The notes beneath the pieces are model-generated. The model saw only the letters and a list, made by a program, of their open reading frames with translations, was not told the DNA's origin and did no database searches. From Deinococcales bacterium (GTDB lineage Bacteria; Deinococcota; Deinococci; Deinococcales; JAAFIG01), in contig JANNVX010000075.1 of assembly GCA_031414595.1 (NCBI GenBank), positions 28,347-92,346 of the forward strand: a stretch of 64,000 nucleotides of DNA, in the 5' to 3' direction. This document shows, in pieces, positions 1 through 10,114 of this stretch (positions are counted from its first letter, which is position 1; every line of letters starts with the position of its first letter). The translations under genes and the position numbers were made by a program.

Positions 1-406
1 TGGGCATCAGTAACCAAGCAACCGCGTAAGCAATAATCCCCACACCACCAAAGATGGCTAAGAACAACATCGCAATTCGGACAAGACTGACATCGAATTT
101 GTAATACTTGGCAAGACCGGCACAAACACCCGCCAGCAAACGCTCTTTGACAGGGCGCAGTAACCCATTGACCAGTGGCAACACTTCAGGCTCGAGTTCA
201 GTTGCCACAGTAGGCAAAATAAAAATTGCTGCCAGATAAGCAAAAACAATCAAACCAAGCAACTGCGGTAAAATCGCACCAGACAGCAACAACACCAACA
301 AGCCACCACGCAACCAGAGCGGATGAATCCCACTGTACCAAGCCAGACCACTGATGACCCCAGCAATCACTCGGTCTCTTTTGAATTTATACCAACGTTT
401 TTCCAT
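1..406 (-). CDS. PspC-domain membrane protein, two PspC-like repeats (runs off window edge)
   Basis: Own translation from ATG at 406: MEKRWYKFKRDRVIAGVISGLAWYSG...RPVKERLLAGVCAGLAKYYKFDVSLVRIAM...; R-x-x-AGVC-x-GLA is the PspC motif. Not in the ORF track. Confidence 0.85.
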   Translation of the reverse strand, partial: MEKRWYKFKRDRVIAGVISGLAWYSGIHPLWLRGGLLVLLLSGAILPQLLGLIVFAYLAAIFILPTVATELEPEVLPLVNGLLRPVKERLLAGVCAGLAKYYKFDVSLVRIAMLFLAIFGGVGIIAYAVAWLLMP

Positions 407-458
407 AATTATAACTACGCGGTTTGCTTGGCTCGAGTTCCCATTGGTTAAAGATAGC

Positions 459-1694
459 TTAAGTATTGGCTAAATGCAGCATCGTTCGTGCCAGTACCTC
501 GACTCCTCTGGCAATATCTTCAGGCGCAGCGTATTCATCGGGGCGATGCGAAACTCCAGCCCGACAGGGAATAAAAATCATTGCCATTGGTGCAACCCGA
601 GCCATAAATAACGAATCGTGGTATGCCCTCGAGACCATTTCTAGGCTCGAGAGATTCATCTCTTTAACAGCCGCCCGAATTGCCGCCAATATATTTGGGT
701 CTGACTGGGCGGGTGGGTCGGCGTTAATCATTTGGGTGGTGGCGATAATGTTACGCCGTTCCGACACGGTTTTGATTGACTCAAGAACGTGCTGCACGGC
801 TTGGTCACGCCTCGTACCATCGGTATCTCGAATATCAATGCCTAAACGCACTTGACTAGGAATGCTGTTAATTGCCCCAGGGTGAACCTCGAGAATGCCA
901 GTTGTTCCAACGGTATCCTCGCAGTTTGTTTGCAGCGCAGCTTCTTCGACTGCCAACGTAATTTCAGCCGCCGCCAGCAGCGCATCGCGCCGACCCGACA
1001 TTAAACGCGCTCCAGCATGACCGCCTTCGCCGTGCAGATGCACAAAAAAACTGGCTGGTGCAGCAATCGCACCCACCACACCAATCTGAATTTGTTGTTG
1101 CTCGAGTAGTGGGGCTTGTTCGATGTGCAGTTCCACAAAACCCGCATAGTAATCTGGCGGCAACAAGACTGTTTCTAGCGGCGCGGTATAACCTGCCTCT
1201 GCTCGAGCCGCCTCAAAACCGATGCCATCCGAATCCTTTAAGGCGCGTACCTGTTCGAGTTCAATTGCTCCAGACAGTACCCTCGAGCCAAGGCAGCCCA
1301 AGCCAAAACGGGTTGGTTCTTCGGAAGTAAACATCAGCACTTCAAGACTGCGCGAATGGGTTAGACCACTGCGTTTAATGGCTCTCAGTGCCTCGAGACC
1401 ACCTAACACGCCAACCGTTCCGTCATACATCCCTGAAAAAGGAATCGCGTCATTATGCGAACCTGTACCAATCGCAGGTAAATTTGGCAATGCCCCCTCG
1501 AGCCGAATAAAGGTATTGCCCAGTGCATCCTCACGATACGATAAGCCTGCCTCGAGTGCCTGAAGTTTAAGCCAAGCCCGCGCTCGCATGTCTTGCCGCG
1601 TCCACAACACCCGTGTTACGGCTGGGGCTGGGGCATCCGAGAAAGAACTCAGTTTCTCGAGTTCGGCTTGCAGTTTTTCTATATCAATCTTCAT
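459..1694 (-). CDS. M20 Zn/Mn amidohydrolase, ureidoglycolate/allantoate amidohydrolase type
   Basis: GSHND, DGTVGV, SEEPTRFG, ELHIEQ, GHAG, AYHDS, SHRPDE motifs; adjacent to allE. Confidence 0.9.
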   Translation of the reverse strand: MKIDIEKLQAELEKLSSFSDAPAPAVTRVLWTRQDMRARAWLKLQALEAGLSYREDALGNTFIRLEGALPNLPAIGTGSHNDAIPFSGMYDGTVGVLGGLEALRAIKRSGLTHSRSLEVLMFTSEEPTRFGLGCLGSRVLSGAIELEQVRALKDSDGIGFEAARAEAGYTAPLETVLLPPDYYAGFVELHIEQAPLLEQQQIQIGVVGAIAAPASFFVHLHGEGGHAGARLMSGRRDALLAAAEITLAVEEAALQTNCEDTVGTTGILEVHPGAINSIPSQVRLGIDIRDTDGTRRDQAVQHVLESIKTVSERRNIIATTQMINADPPAQSDPNILAAIRAAVKEMNLSSLEMVSRAYHDSLFMARVAPMAMIFIPCRAGVSHRPDEYAAPEDIARGVEVLARTMLHLANT

Positions 1695-1709
1695 CTATAG
1701 ACCTCAACC

Positions 1710-2453
1710 TCATGACTCGAGTGAATGGCGATTCCAGTCTTTGTAAATCAGGTAACTCGAGGGTGTACTACCCAATGCTCCAAACCACTGCGGACAATAC
1801 GCCGCCATATAAATCACATCACCGCTCTGCACGGGATACCAGTTATCCCCAAGACGATAAATCCCGCCACCACTCAGCATGTACAAACCGTGTTCCATGA
1901 CGTGCGTCTCGACCAAACTGAGGTGCGCTCCGGGTTCAAAATTCATGATATTGACTGCAAAATCAAAACTTGGTTCGTCTGGTAGTAAGGTCTGCACCAG
2001 CACTCGAGGGTCGTTTAATACTGGATTCTTAGCTAAACTTTGAGCATCGGCAATGATTATTTCTGGGATTTTGGTGTTGGCAATGGCATTGTACGGTTTT
2101 TCAAAAACCACAGCTACGCCACCAAGTTTAGATTCTAAATTATAATCGGCGGTCAATGGCAAAAAGGCATAAAATCCAGCTTTCAAGAGATGCCTTTTCT
2201 TGGCAACCCGCAAGGAAAATTCGCCATCCAGAACATAAATCAGGCTCGAGCAACCATCCAAAGCAGGGGCAAAACTCGCGTTTTTTTGCGCCTCGAGACT
2301 AAACATTGTAAATCCAGCCCCACAAGCTGGGTTAATATGCACCACTCGAGTCCCGTTTTGGTCGCCCGGAAAAGGCGCTCGAATAAAAGAATCAGGGGTG
2401 AGCAGGGCATGTTCGCGTTCGACACTGGTGCGGGTAAAACCAAATTGCTGCAT
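1710..2453 (-). CDS. allE: (S)-ureidoglycine aminohydrolase (bicupin)
   Basis: ETHVMEHGLYML..G.Y, GDVIYMAAYCPQW, YLIYKDWNR motifs. Confidence 0.93.
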   Translation of the reverse strand: MQQFGFTRTSVEREHALLTPDSFIRAPFPGDQNGTRVVHINPACGAGFTMFSLEAQKNASFAPALDGCSSLIYVLDGEFSLRVAKKRHLLKAGFYAFLPLTADYNLESKLGGVAVVFEKPYNAIANTKIPEIIIADAQSLAKNPVLNDPRVLVQTLLPDEPSFDFAVNIMNFEPGAHLSLVETHVMEHGLYMLSGGGIYRLGDNWYPVQSGDVIYMAAYCPQWFGALGSTPSSYLIYKDWNRHSLES

Positions 2454-2511
2454 GACTGATTGTACCGTAATTTAGAGCCAAAGGTTTAGCCTCAACCAAG
2501 CAAGTGTAAAA

Positions 2512-2904
2512 CTATTCTAAATCCTTTGGACCAAAACCAAGCGGCAGTAAATCCCGCACCCTAGACTCGAGAACCTCGCCTTTATGGTTGGTCATGTAAA
2601 CAAGGGCATCAGGCGAAAATTCAAATAAAATCTGCCGACATGCCCCGCACGGACTCGAGGGTGGACTGGCATGGGTAAAGACCGCAATTCGCACAAAGGT
2701 CTGCACACCTTCAGAGACCATTTTTTGAATTGCAGTTTGTTCGGCACAACGCCCCAAGCCGTAACTGGCATTTTCGACATTACAACCTGTAAAAACCAGC
2801 CCGTCGCTTGTCTCGAGTGCCGCCCCCACCAAAAACTTGCTGTACGGAGCATAGGCTCGAACTGAGGCTTCTTGCGCCAAGCTCATCAAGGCTTCTTTGG
2901 TCAT
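2512..2904 (-). CDS. cdd: cytidine deaminase
   Basis: AYAPYSKF.VGAA, NVENASYG, CAE, PCGACRQ. Confidence 0.96.
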   Translation of the reverse strand: MTKEALMSLAQEASVRAYAPYSKFLVGAALETSDGLVFTGCNVENASYGLGRCAEQTAIQKMVSEGVQTFVRIAVFTHASPPSSPCGACRQILFEFSPDALVYMTNHKGEVLESRVRDLLPLGFGPKDLE

Positions 2905-2955
2905 GGGAACAGTATAAAACTAAAAAGGCAAAAAACGAATTTGCTTTTTAGCCCT

Positions 2956-4320
2956 TCACCCTTCTGTTCTTAAATTGCGTCCTGTTCGAGTTATTTTATC
3001 CTCAAGAATCTCTGGGTCTGGGTTGCCTTGTTTACGCACCCGAATGAGCGATACTCGGCGGTCATCGGCAGATTCGACAATAAATTCCCAACCATCATAA
3101 ACAGTGGTTTCACCGGCTTTAGGAATGTCACCAAAGGCGTGCATAATGAAACCAGAAACAGTTTCAAATTCGCCTTCATCGTCTTCATTGACCGTAATTT
3201 CAAGGAGTTCTTCGACATCACTAAAAGGCATATCAGCTTGTAATAAGTACACACCATCAGAAATGGCTTGAAAAGAAGCCACTTCGGGTTCATCGGTCTC
3301 GTCGTAAATCTCTCCGACCAGTTCCTCGAGAACATCTTCTAAAGTGGCAAGTCCACCTGTGCCTTCGTGTTCGTCTACGACAATTGCCATATGGGTTTTT
3401 TTCTCACGCAAACGATTGACAAAATCGCGTAAACCCATGCTTTCTGGTACAAAAATCGCTGCCCTCATGATGTCCCGCACGGTACTGTGGTCAAGCGCCT
3501 CGAGTTTTCCAAGCACATCGCGGGTGTAGGCGACACCGACAATGTTATCTTTATCATCGTCGTAGACTGGGATTCTCGAGTAGCCGTGTTTATTGTACTC
3601 ATCAAGCAGTTCCCTAAGCGGTACATCGGCTTCGATGGCATTCATTTTGGTACGTGGGGTCATGATGTTTCGCACGGTTTTATCGCCAAAATCAAAGACA
3701 TTATAAACAAGTTCTTTTTCGCCTTCGTCAAGCACACCTTGTTGACTAGAGGCATTGACAATCATGCGGATTTCGTCCTCGGAGTGGGCAGCGTACTTGC
3801 CACCCTCGGCAGGTTTAATCCCAAAAAGCCTAGTTATGCCAGCCCCAGCCCACTGAAGCGCCCTCGAGATTGGACCAAACACAAAAGCAAAGACCTCGAG
3901 CGGTTGAATCAGTGCCATGGCGAGGGTTTCGGCTTTGGCAATGGCAATACTTTTTGGCACAAGTTCAGCAAAAATAACCGATAAAATCGCGCTGATACCA
4001 ATCGCAATTGCCAAACTGACCCCATCGGCTAATTTCTCACCAAGTTGTAACTCGAGCAGTGGTTTGACCAAACCACCAATGGCTGGTTCTGCTACCACAC
4101 CTGTCAGCAGCGAAACTACTGTAATCCCAAGCTGATTGGCGGCAATAAAAAACCCAATGTTGCCCTGCGCCCGTTGTACCCGAGCCGCCTGACGCGAACC
4201 ACGTTCGACCAACTCCTGAATTTTAGTGTGCCTCGCACTGACCAGCGAATACTCAGCCGCCACAAAAAAGGCATTGACCAAAATCAGAACAACCAAAATA
4301 CCTAAACCCGTTAATTCCAT
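2956..4320 (-). CDS. hemolysin-family CNNM-CBS-CorC_HlyC membrane protein
   Basis: NAFFVAAEY, ELVPKSIA, tandem CBS (HGYSRIPVY, VVDEHEGT.GL.TLED.LEELVGEI), C-terminal transporter-associated domain; start taken at MELTGLG. Confidence 0.9.
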   Translation of the reverse strand: MELTGLGILVVLILVNAFFVAAEYSLVSARHTKIQELVERGSRQAARVQRAQGNIGFFIAANQLGITVVSLLTGVVAEPAIGGLVKPLLELQLGEKLADGVSLAIAIGISAILSVIFAELVPKSIAIAKAETLAMALIQPLEVFAFVFGPISRALQWAGAGITRLFGIKPAEGGKYAAHSEDEIRMIVNASSQQGVLDEGEKELVYNVFDFGDKTVRNIMTPRTKMNAIEADVPLRELLDEYNKHGYSRIPVYDDDKDNIVGVAYTRDVLGKLEALDHSTVRDIMRAAIFVPESMGLRDFVNRLREKKTHMAIVVDEHEGTGGLATLEDVLEELVGEIYDETDEPEVASFQAISDGVYLLQADMPFSDVEELLEITVNEDDEGEFETVSGFIMHAFGDIPKAGETTVYDGWEFIVESADDRRVSLIRVRKQGNPDPEILEDKITRTGRNLRTEG

Positions 4321-4534
4321 TTGTGGGCGCACTCCATAACACGCCTCTCCTTGCACTGAAACCCATGCAGGAGTCCAAAAACCCAAGCCACCAATTGGCT
4401 CGAGACGATGCAAAACACGAGCGCCAAAGCACTTGTTTGATAGTCAAAACTAGGAGGTTCTTCCATACGCATCACGCGCCGCTAATCAGCGACGCGATAC
4501 CCCACTATAGCAGATTTTACTTAGCGGCTGCCCC

Positions 4535-4563
4535 TTGACAGTGCAAAATGCCTGTGCTACCTT
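4535..4563 (+). promoter_or_regulatory. sigma70-type promoter of tRNA-Lys
   Basis: TTGACA, 17-nt spacer ending TGC (extended -10), TACCTT. Confidence 0.75.
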
Positions 4564-4580
4564 TCTATGCGCTGTAACAA

Positions 4581-4731
<151 letters not shown>

Positions 4732-4736
4732 CAGAT

Positions 4737-4764
4737 AAGCCCCGTTATTTACGGGGCTTTTTTC
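4737..4764 (+). terminator. intrinsic terminator after tRNA-Lys, convergent with rtcB
   Basis: AAGCCCCGT-loop-ACGGGGCTT followed by T-run. Confidence 0.85.
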
Positions 4765-4792
4765 ACTTTTGAAATTTTTACCTGCCTAAACT

Positions 4793-6457
4793 TTAGTCTT
4801 CGCTTGTGCCATCATCTGCCATTTTCACAATTCGTGGGTCAAAACGGGCAATCACTCTGACCAAATCGGTTTGAGCCTTCATCACGGCTTCGATGTCTTT
4901 GTAGGCAAAAGGATTCTCGTCAATGCCCGCCGCCAGTAGCGTCACCCCAGCCGCCTCGAGCTTGGGACGAACCATCTTCCAATTAAATTGCTCTTTGGCT
5001 TTGGTTCGGCTCATGGCACGACCTGCCCCGTGACTGGCACTGTGAAGGCTATTGGCATTTCCCAGTCCGCGCACCACAAAGCCCGGAGTTGCCATGCTGC
5101 CCGGAATCATGCCCAATACCCCTGCACCGGCTGGGGTTGCACCTTTACGGTGGACATAGACTTCTTTTGCCACCCCGTCTATTTCGTGGGTCTCGAGCCA
5201 AGCAAAATTATGATGATTCTCTACACCCGCCAACACATTCGCACCAATGGCTTTGACAATTTTTTTGTGAATCAGTGCATGGTTAGCACTGGCGTACTCG
5301 CCCATTAAATTCATGGCTGCCCAATATTCTAAACCAGCCTCGCTACTCATCTCGAGCCAAGCAAGGTGCTTTAATTCCTTGGGCAATTCTGGACGCAAAT
5401 TCATTGCCAGATTCGAGTAATGATTTGCCACCGCCGCCCCAGCCCCACGTGAACCACTATGTGACAAAAGCGCCAGGTATTCGCCAGCCTCGAGACCAAG
5501 GTCTGGCTTGGTCAGGGTGACAATGCCAAATTCTACAAAGTGATTGCCGCTTCCAGAAGTACCAAGTTGCCCTCGGGCTTTGGCAAAAACATCTTTGGTA
5601 ACCCGAGTAATACTCCAATCGGCATCCAGCACCTCATGCTCGAGCGGACGTTGCCAAGTCATTCCCGTTCCAAACTTGGTCTCGGTTTCGATGGCACGTT
5701 TTAATTCATCAAATTGCCGTGAAAATGCCTTACCGACTGGCATATCAAGAATCGATAATTTCATGCGGCAAGCAATATCTACCCCGACCGCATACGGAAT
5801 AATTGCCCCCTCGGTGGCAAGTACCCCACCGATTGGCAAACCGTACCCTTGGTGAGCGTCTGGCATCAGCGCTCCACGCACCGCCACAGGCAAACGGGCG
5901 GCGTTTTTCATCTGCTCAAGCGCCCCAGCCTCTAAACCCGTTCCCCAAACTTGGTACGGCACTGGTTCGTCTCGAGCCAAAACAGGGGAGGCGCGAGAAA
6001 GTTCGCTTAAAAGTGGTAAAAAATGCCCAGTGTAGTCAGTTGGATTTGCCAACATTGCTTTTAGTTCCTCGAGCATTTGGCGCTTCTCTGGGTGAGACTT
6101 TAATAGCTGAGCAGTTAAACCCAATGCGGAACGCGGAATGCCAAGCGCCAATAATTCTTTTGGTTTCATGATGTTGTCCTTTACTCTAGGCGCAGATTGC
6201 ACCGCTAAACTGCCAGCTACGGCTGAGGCTTGCCCCGAAGCATCAATTAAATCTAATTTTGTACGCCGGTCCCATTGTATCCCGCTTGAATTTCGGAGGT
6301 ACTGGACTCTGTGCCACGGGATTTCAGAATGCGAAAAACCCTCGAAGCTGTTTTCGCGCAAACCATCGAATCTCGAGTCGTAGCCGACAAAAAAGTCGGT
6401 TGGGTCAAAACGCGGGTCATGGGCAATACGATTAAAAATGTCTTTGGCTGGAGTCAT
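4793..6457 (-). CDS. rtcB: RtcB RNA ligase with in-frame N-terminal MJ1316/DUF504-like domain
   Basis: MPDAH.GYGLPIG, VGVDIAC, GSGNHF, HSGSRG, NHHN, HRKGAT, SHGAGR, AYKDI; N-terminus has VGYDSRF...EIPWHRVQY...WDRR; possible second start with AGGA RBS at 6169. Confidence 0.92.
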   Translation of the reverse strand: MTPAKDIFNRIAHDPRFDPTDFFVGYDSRFDGLRENSFEGFSHSEIPWHRVQYLRNSSGIQWDRRTKLDLIDASGQASAVAGSLAVQSAPRVKDNIMKPKELLALGIPRSALGLTAQLLKSHPEKRQMLEELKAMLANPTDYTGHFLPLLSELSRASPVLARDEPVPYQVWGTGLEAGALEQMKNAARLPVAVRGALMPDAHQGYGLPIGGVLATEGAIIPYAVGVDIACRMKLSILDMPVGKAFSRQFDELKRAIETETKFGTGMTWQRPLEHEVLDADWSITRVTKDVFAKARGQLGTSGSGNHFVEFGIVTLTKPDLGLEAGEYLALLSHSGSRGAGAAVANHYSNLAMNLRPELPKELKHLAWLEMSSEAGLEYWAAMNLMGEYASANHALIHKKIVKAIGANVLAGVENHHNFAWLETHEIDGVAKEVYVHRKGATPAGAGVLGMIPGSMATPGFVVRGLGNANSLHSASHGAGRAMSRTKAKEQFNWKMVRPKLEAAGVTLLAAGIDENPFAYKDIEAVMKAQTDLVRVIARFDPRIVKMADDGTSED

Positions 6458-6612
6458 AGCGTACCTCGAATCTCGAGAAATCCCCGAGTATGAGCTTATT
6501 GTCCAACAAAAAAAGAATTGATGCCTCGGTAAAACAGCCTAGGGATACTAAGCGGTATGAACAAGAGGCGGTACAAAAAAATTGTATCCAACAGAGGGGA
6601 AGGTGAACAAAC

Positions 6613-8088
6613 TCAAAGTTGAATCGGGGCTACGCCTGTCATTTTTGCGCCACGCAAAATCTCGAGCAGGGCGTTAATCGCTTCTGGGCGGTAGCCAAAG
6701 GTAATCAGGGCTGGGGCTGGAACATCGAGTACGTTATAGGCATTCCAAAGCGCCAAATGTAGGCTTGGTTTGGCGGCTTTAGCTAGGGCTTTTGCCTCAA
6801 ATGATAAGCGGCGGCGGGTGGTGCTAGCAAAAATAATTGGCTGCATGGTGTTCTGCACTTGCTCGAGTGCGCCCAACGGATTTTTCTGGTCATAAAAAAT
6901 GCTTTGAACTTCATAAATACTGGATAAGGCTGCCGCTAAACTCGAGCCTGAGATTCCCAGTTCAGATACATTTTCGCTTTGTACTTCTTGGGCAACCAAA
7001 AGCGTTAAACTCGAGCCAAGAGCGGGTAACACAGGGTTGTTGTGTGCCACAATGCCGCGCTGCCAAGCACCCTGCATGATTTTTGAATCGGTGTTCATTT
7101 GCTCGAAGCTGTACTCGAGTGGGGCAATTGGGAAACGCTTGGCTAGGTTTTGTAGGCGTTTAAGGCTTTCTTCTAAGCGCTCAGGGCGAATGCGTCCGTC
7201 TCGAGTGGCAGCTTCTAGGGCTTCAAAAGTCTGGATTTGCGATTCTTGGCTGCCTAGGGCTTCAATCATGTCTGCCCCCGCGAGGATCGATAAAATAGCC
7301 GCTTCACCACGTCCATAATTTTTGTCTATCGCATCCATGCCCATGCTGTCAGTGACAATCACACCGTTGTACTTGGCGCGTTCACGCAGCAAACCCGTTA
7401 AAATTTTTTTAGATAAGGTGGCTGGGAATTCTGGGTCTATGGCTGGGTAAATAATATGGGCAGTCATGATGCTGGGTAAATCGGTGGCAACTGCCGCTCG
7501 GAATGGCACAAGTTCAAATTCTTCTAAGCCCTCGAGATTGCGAGTCACGGTCGGCAGGGCAAGGTGTGAATCGAGGTGCGTGTCACCATGTCCGGGGAAG
7601 TGCTTAGCACAAGCTGCCACACCAGCACTGATTAGCCCTTCTGCCCAAGCTAAGCCCAGTGCTGCTACTTGCTTGGGGTTTTCTCCAAAACTGCGGTCTG
7701 AAATAACTGGATTGGCTGGATTATTGTTCACATCCAGCACTGGTGCAAAGTTCCAATTGACCCCCAAAGCCCGTAAGCTGCGCCCAACCAATGCTCCGAT
7801 TTGCCTTGCCAAAGCGGGGTCGTTGGCTGCCCCTAAGCTCATGGCACTTGGTGCGTAGGGCAGAAAGTTGGTGCGCCAAACTCCGCCGCCTTCCATGTCT
7901 ATGGCGAGTAGTAAACGTTCCCCTAAAAGTGCTTTTAACTCGAGAATCAAAGTCTTTGCCTGCTCGAGCGAAACTAAGTTTTTACGAAACAAAATAATTC
8001 CACCGGGTTTATAACGTTCTAAATGGGCTTTGGTTTCGGGACTTAGCTGCGTATCGGGAATGTCTACCATCACAAGTTGACCAATCAT
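6613..8088 (-). CDS. nagZ: beta-N-acetylhexosaminidase (GH3)
   Basis: GGIILF.KN, IDMEGG, KHFPGHGDTH.DSH, IMTAHI, VTDSMGM. Confidence 0.92.
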   Translation of the reverse strand: MIGQLVMVDIPDTQLSPETKAHLERYKPGGIILFRKNLVSLEQAKTLILELKALLGERLLLAIDMEGGGVWRTNFLPYAPSAMSLGAANDPALARQIGALVGRSLRALGVNWNFAPVLDVNNNPANPVISDRSFGENPKQVAALGLAWAEGLISAGVAACAKHFPGHGDTHLDSHLALPTVTRNLEGLEEFELVPFRAAVATDLPSIMTAHIIYPAIDPEFPATLSKKILTGLLRERAKYNGVIVTDSMGMDAIDKNYGRGEAAILSILAGADMIEALGSQESQIQTFEALEAATRDGRIRPERLEESLKRLQNLAKRFPIAPLEYSFEQMNTDSKIMQGAWQRGIVAHNNPVLPALGSSLTLLVAQEVQSENVSELGISGSSLAAALSSIYEVQSIFYDQKNPLGALEQVQNTMQPIIFASTTRRRLSFEAKALAKAAKPSLHLALWNAYNVLDVPAPALITFGYRPEAINALLEILRGAKMTGVAPIQL

Positions 8089-8128
8089 GCGACAAGCATA
8101 ACCAAAATACGTTAGACTGCGTTCACTT

Positions 8129-8491
8129 GTGGAACTTGATCAGATTTTATCTAACTTAGTCGCCAATGTAGATGGCGCAATTGGTGCCGCCCTTGGCGGT
8201 ATGGACGGCTTACTGATCGAGCAATTCAGTAACGATGCCAAATTAAACTTAAGCAATGTGATTGCTGAACACAGCAATTTGCTTCGCAGTGCTAGAATCG
8301 CGTATGGGGTCAGTTTGGGTGCAGGTGAGGTCAGCGAAATCCAGATTACATCAAGTAAACTGATTTGCTTTACCAAACGCATCACCGATGATTTTTTTGT
8401 AACCTTGGTTCTCGAGCCAAGTGGTAATATCGGCAAAGCAAGATTACTCTTAGAACACGCCATCCGTCACCTGAAAGGAATGTTGAGTTAA
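8129..8491 (+). CDS. roadblock/LC7 domain protein
   Basis: V.GA.GA.L.G.DGLLI, GN.G.ARL pattern; 120 aa. Confidence 0.85.
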   Translation: MELDQILSNLVANVDGAIGAALGGMDGLLIEQFSNDAKLNLSNVIAEHSNLLRSARIAYGVSLGAGEVSEIQITSSKLICFTKRITDDFFVTLVLEPSGNIGKARLLLEHAIRHLKGMLS

Positions 8492-8842
8492 ATGTCAAAA
8501 TGGCTAACCAGTCTGGCTTCAATGCCTCACGTTCTCACCGCCGTGTTGGTCAGTGACAGTGGCTTAGAAATTGAAGCGGTTGGCGGGGCAGTCATCTCGA
8601 GTCAAGTTCTGGCTGCCGAAACCGCTAGTTTGGTTCGTGCCAGCAGTGTGGCTGGTCAAAACCTTGGTGGTGGTAAGTTGTTTCGTTGGAGTTTTACGAC
8701 CGATCATTTTGAAGTCATTTCGTTGCGGGTTGGTTTAAGCTATTCGCTGACGGTTGCGATTCAACGAGGTTCTGACCCGCGCAGTTTACAAGTCGAAATG
8801 GCGCGTTTGTCGTTGCAACTGGTTTCGCAACTCGAGGGCTAA
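8492..8842 (+). CDS. roadblock/LC7 domain protein
   Basis: VLTAVLVSDSGL.I...LAAETASL. Confidence 0.8.
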   Translation: MSKWLTSLASMPHVLTAVLVSDSGLEIEAVGGAVISSQVLAAETASLVRASSVAGQNLGGGKLFRWSFTTDHFEVISLRVGLSYSLTVAIQRGSDPRSLQVEMARLSLQLVSQLEG

Positions 8843-8875
8843 CGCTTCTGACCGCTTTAAGGATAGACTATTGTT

Positions 8876-9235
8876 ATGGATATTCGTGCCTTACTCGAAG
8901 AAGTGCTTGGCATCAAAGGAATCACCAGTGTCGCCTTGGTTTCCGAAGACGGCTTTGTGATTGAGTCCGTAACCACGCCCGGCAACCCGGTTGACCTTGA
9001 GTTTTTAGGTGGTGTGGTCACCTCTAGTTTAGCGGCATCGCAAGCCCTAGCCGAGTTCTTTGGTAAAGGCGAAGTCTCGCAAGTGATGGTTGAATTTGAA
9101 GAAGGTCCTGTGCTGCTTGCCCCAGTTGGCGGAGCAAGTTTACTCGCCACCTTGGACAGCGCTCAGAACTTAGGGCGGGTACGGTTTCAATTAAAAAAAT
9201 ACTTACCGCGACTTACCGAAGCTGCCAAAGCATAA
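8876..9235 (+). CDS. roadblock/LC7 domain protein (MglB-like)
   Basis: GITSVALVSEDGFVI, Q.MVEFEEG, NLGRVRFQLKK. Confidence 0.88.
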   Translation: MDIRALLEEVLGIKGITSVALVSEDGFVIESVTTPGNPVDLEFLGGVVTSSLAASQALAEFFGKGEVSQVMVEFEEGPVLLAPVGGASLLATLDSAQNLGRVRFQLKKYLPRLTEAAKA

Positions 9236-9343
9236 AGGGCTTTGTTTTTTACGGCGCAAATTTCTTTGATTTGGCGTTTTTCCTTACTCGCTAAAGATGC
9301 ACCCCCCGAGTTTTAGAGCCTCGAACATGATAAACTATCCGTT

Positions 9344-9586
9344 ATGACCAAAGAACTCGTGGCTTACCTAGCCAGTAAAGTAGTGGATAACGCTTCTGCC
9401 GTGCGCGTCGAAGCTGTCGGCGATAATTACATCATTCATTGTGCGACAGGCGAAGAAGGACGGGTGATTGGCAGACAAGGACGGGTCATCCAAGCGATTC
9501 GTACCATTGCCAGGGCGGCGGCTGGACCTCGAGAACGGGTTCAAGTGGATGTGGCTGGCGCATCCAGTAAGCCAGAAGATGAATGA
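9344..9586 (+). CDS. khpA: KH-domain RNA-binding protein
   Basis: GRVIGRQGRVIQAIRT; position upstream of rimM. Confidence 0.92.
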   Translation: MTKELVAYLASKVVDNASAVRVEAVGDNYIIHCATGEEGRVIGRQGRVIQAIRTIARAAAGPRERVQVDVAGASSKPEDE

Positions 9587-10094
9587 GGTTGACATAATTC
9601 TCGAGATGCCCGAGGATTTAATTTCAATTGGGCATTTTACCCAAGCCTTTGGCAAAGACGGCGCAATGAAGCTCCGCAACAGTGGCGACCCCAGTCATTT
9701 GCAAGGACTCAAAAAAGTCTGGCTCGAGCAACATGGTTGGGTAAATGTTCGTAAACTCGAGATTTTTAACAATGTGGTGATTCTTAAAATTGCGGGGTAC
9801 ACCCAACGTCATTTGACCGATGACCTGCGTGGACTCGAGGTCTACGCCGAAAAAACCGCGATTAAATTACCCGAAGGCAGACACTTTTACCATGATTTAA
9901 TTGGGCTGCCAGTCGTCACACCAGATGGCTCGAGCCTAGGGGTCTTAAAAAGCATGATGGACGCTGGCACAAGCGATATTCTGGTGGTCAGTTACAACAA
10001 CAAAGAAGTGCTTGTGCCTCTGCAAGCCCCATATGTGCAGATTAAGACTGGAAAAATAGAAATTGAACCGATTAGCGGTTTGTTTGATGCTTAA
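9579..10094 (+). CDS. rimM: 16S rRNA processing protein RimM
   Basis: IG.F...FG.DG, EGRHFYHDLIGL.V, D.LVV, VLVP; start uncertain (9579 or 9606). Confidence 0.9.
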   Translation: MNEVDIILEMPEDLISIGHFTQAFGKDGAMKLRNSGDPSHLQGLKKVWLEQHGWVNVRKLEIFNNVVILKIAGYTQRHLTDDLRGLEVYAEKTAIKLPEGRHFYHDLIGLPVVTPDGSSLGVLKSMMDAGTSDILVVSYNNKEVLVPLQAPYVQIKTGKIEIEPISGLFDA

Positions 10095-10114
10095 AATTGG
10101 GCTAGACTAAACCC

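Noticed and set aside
58-249. 63-aa ORF from the track
   Set aside because: Out-of-frame shadow inside the PspC gene.
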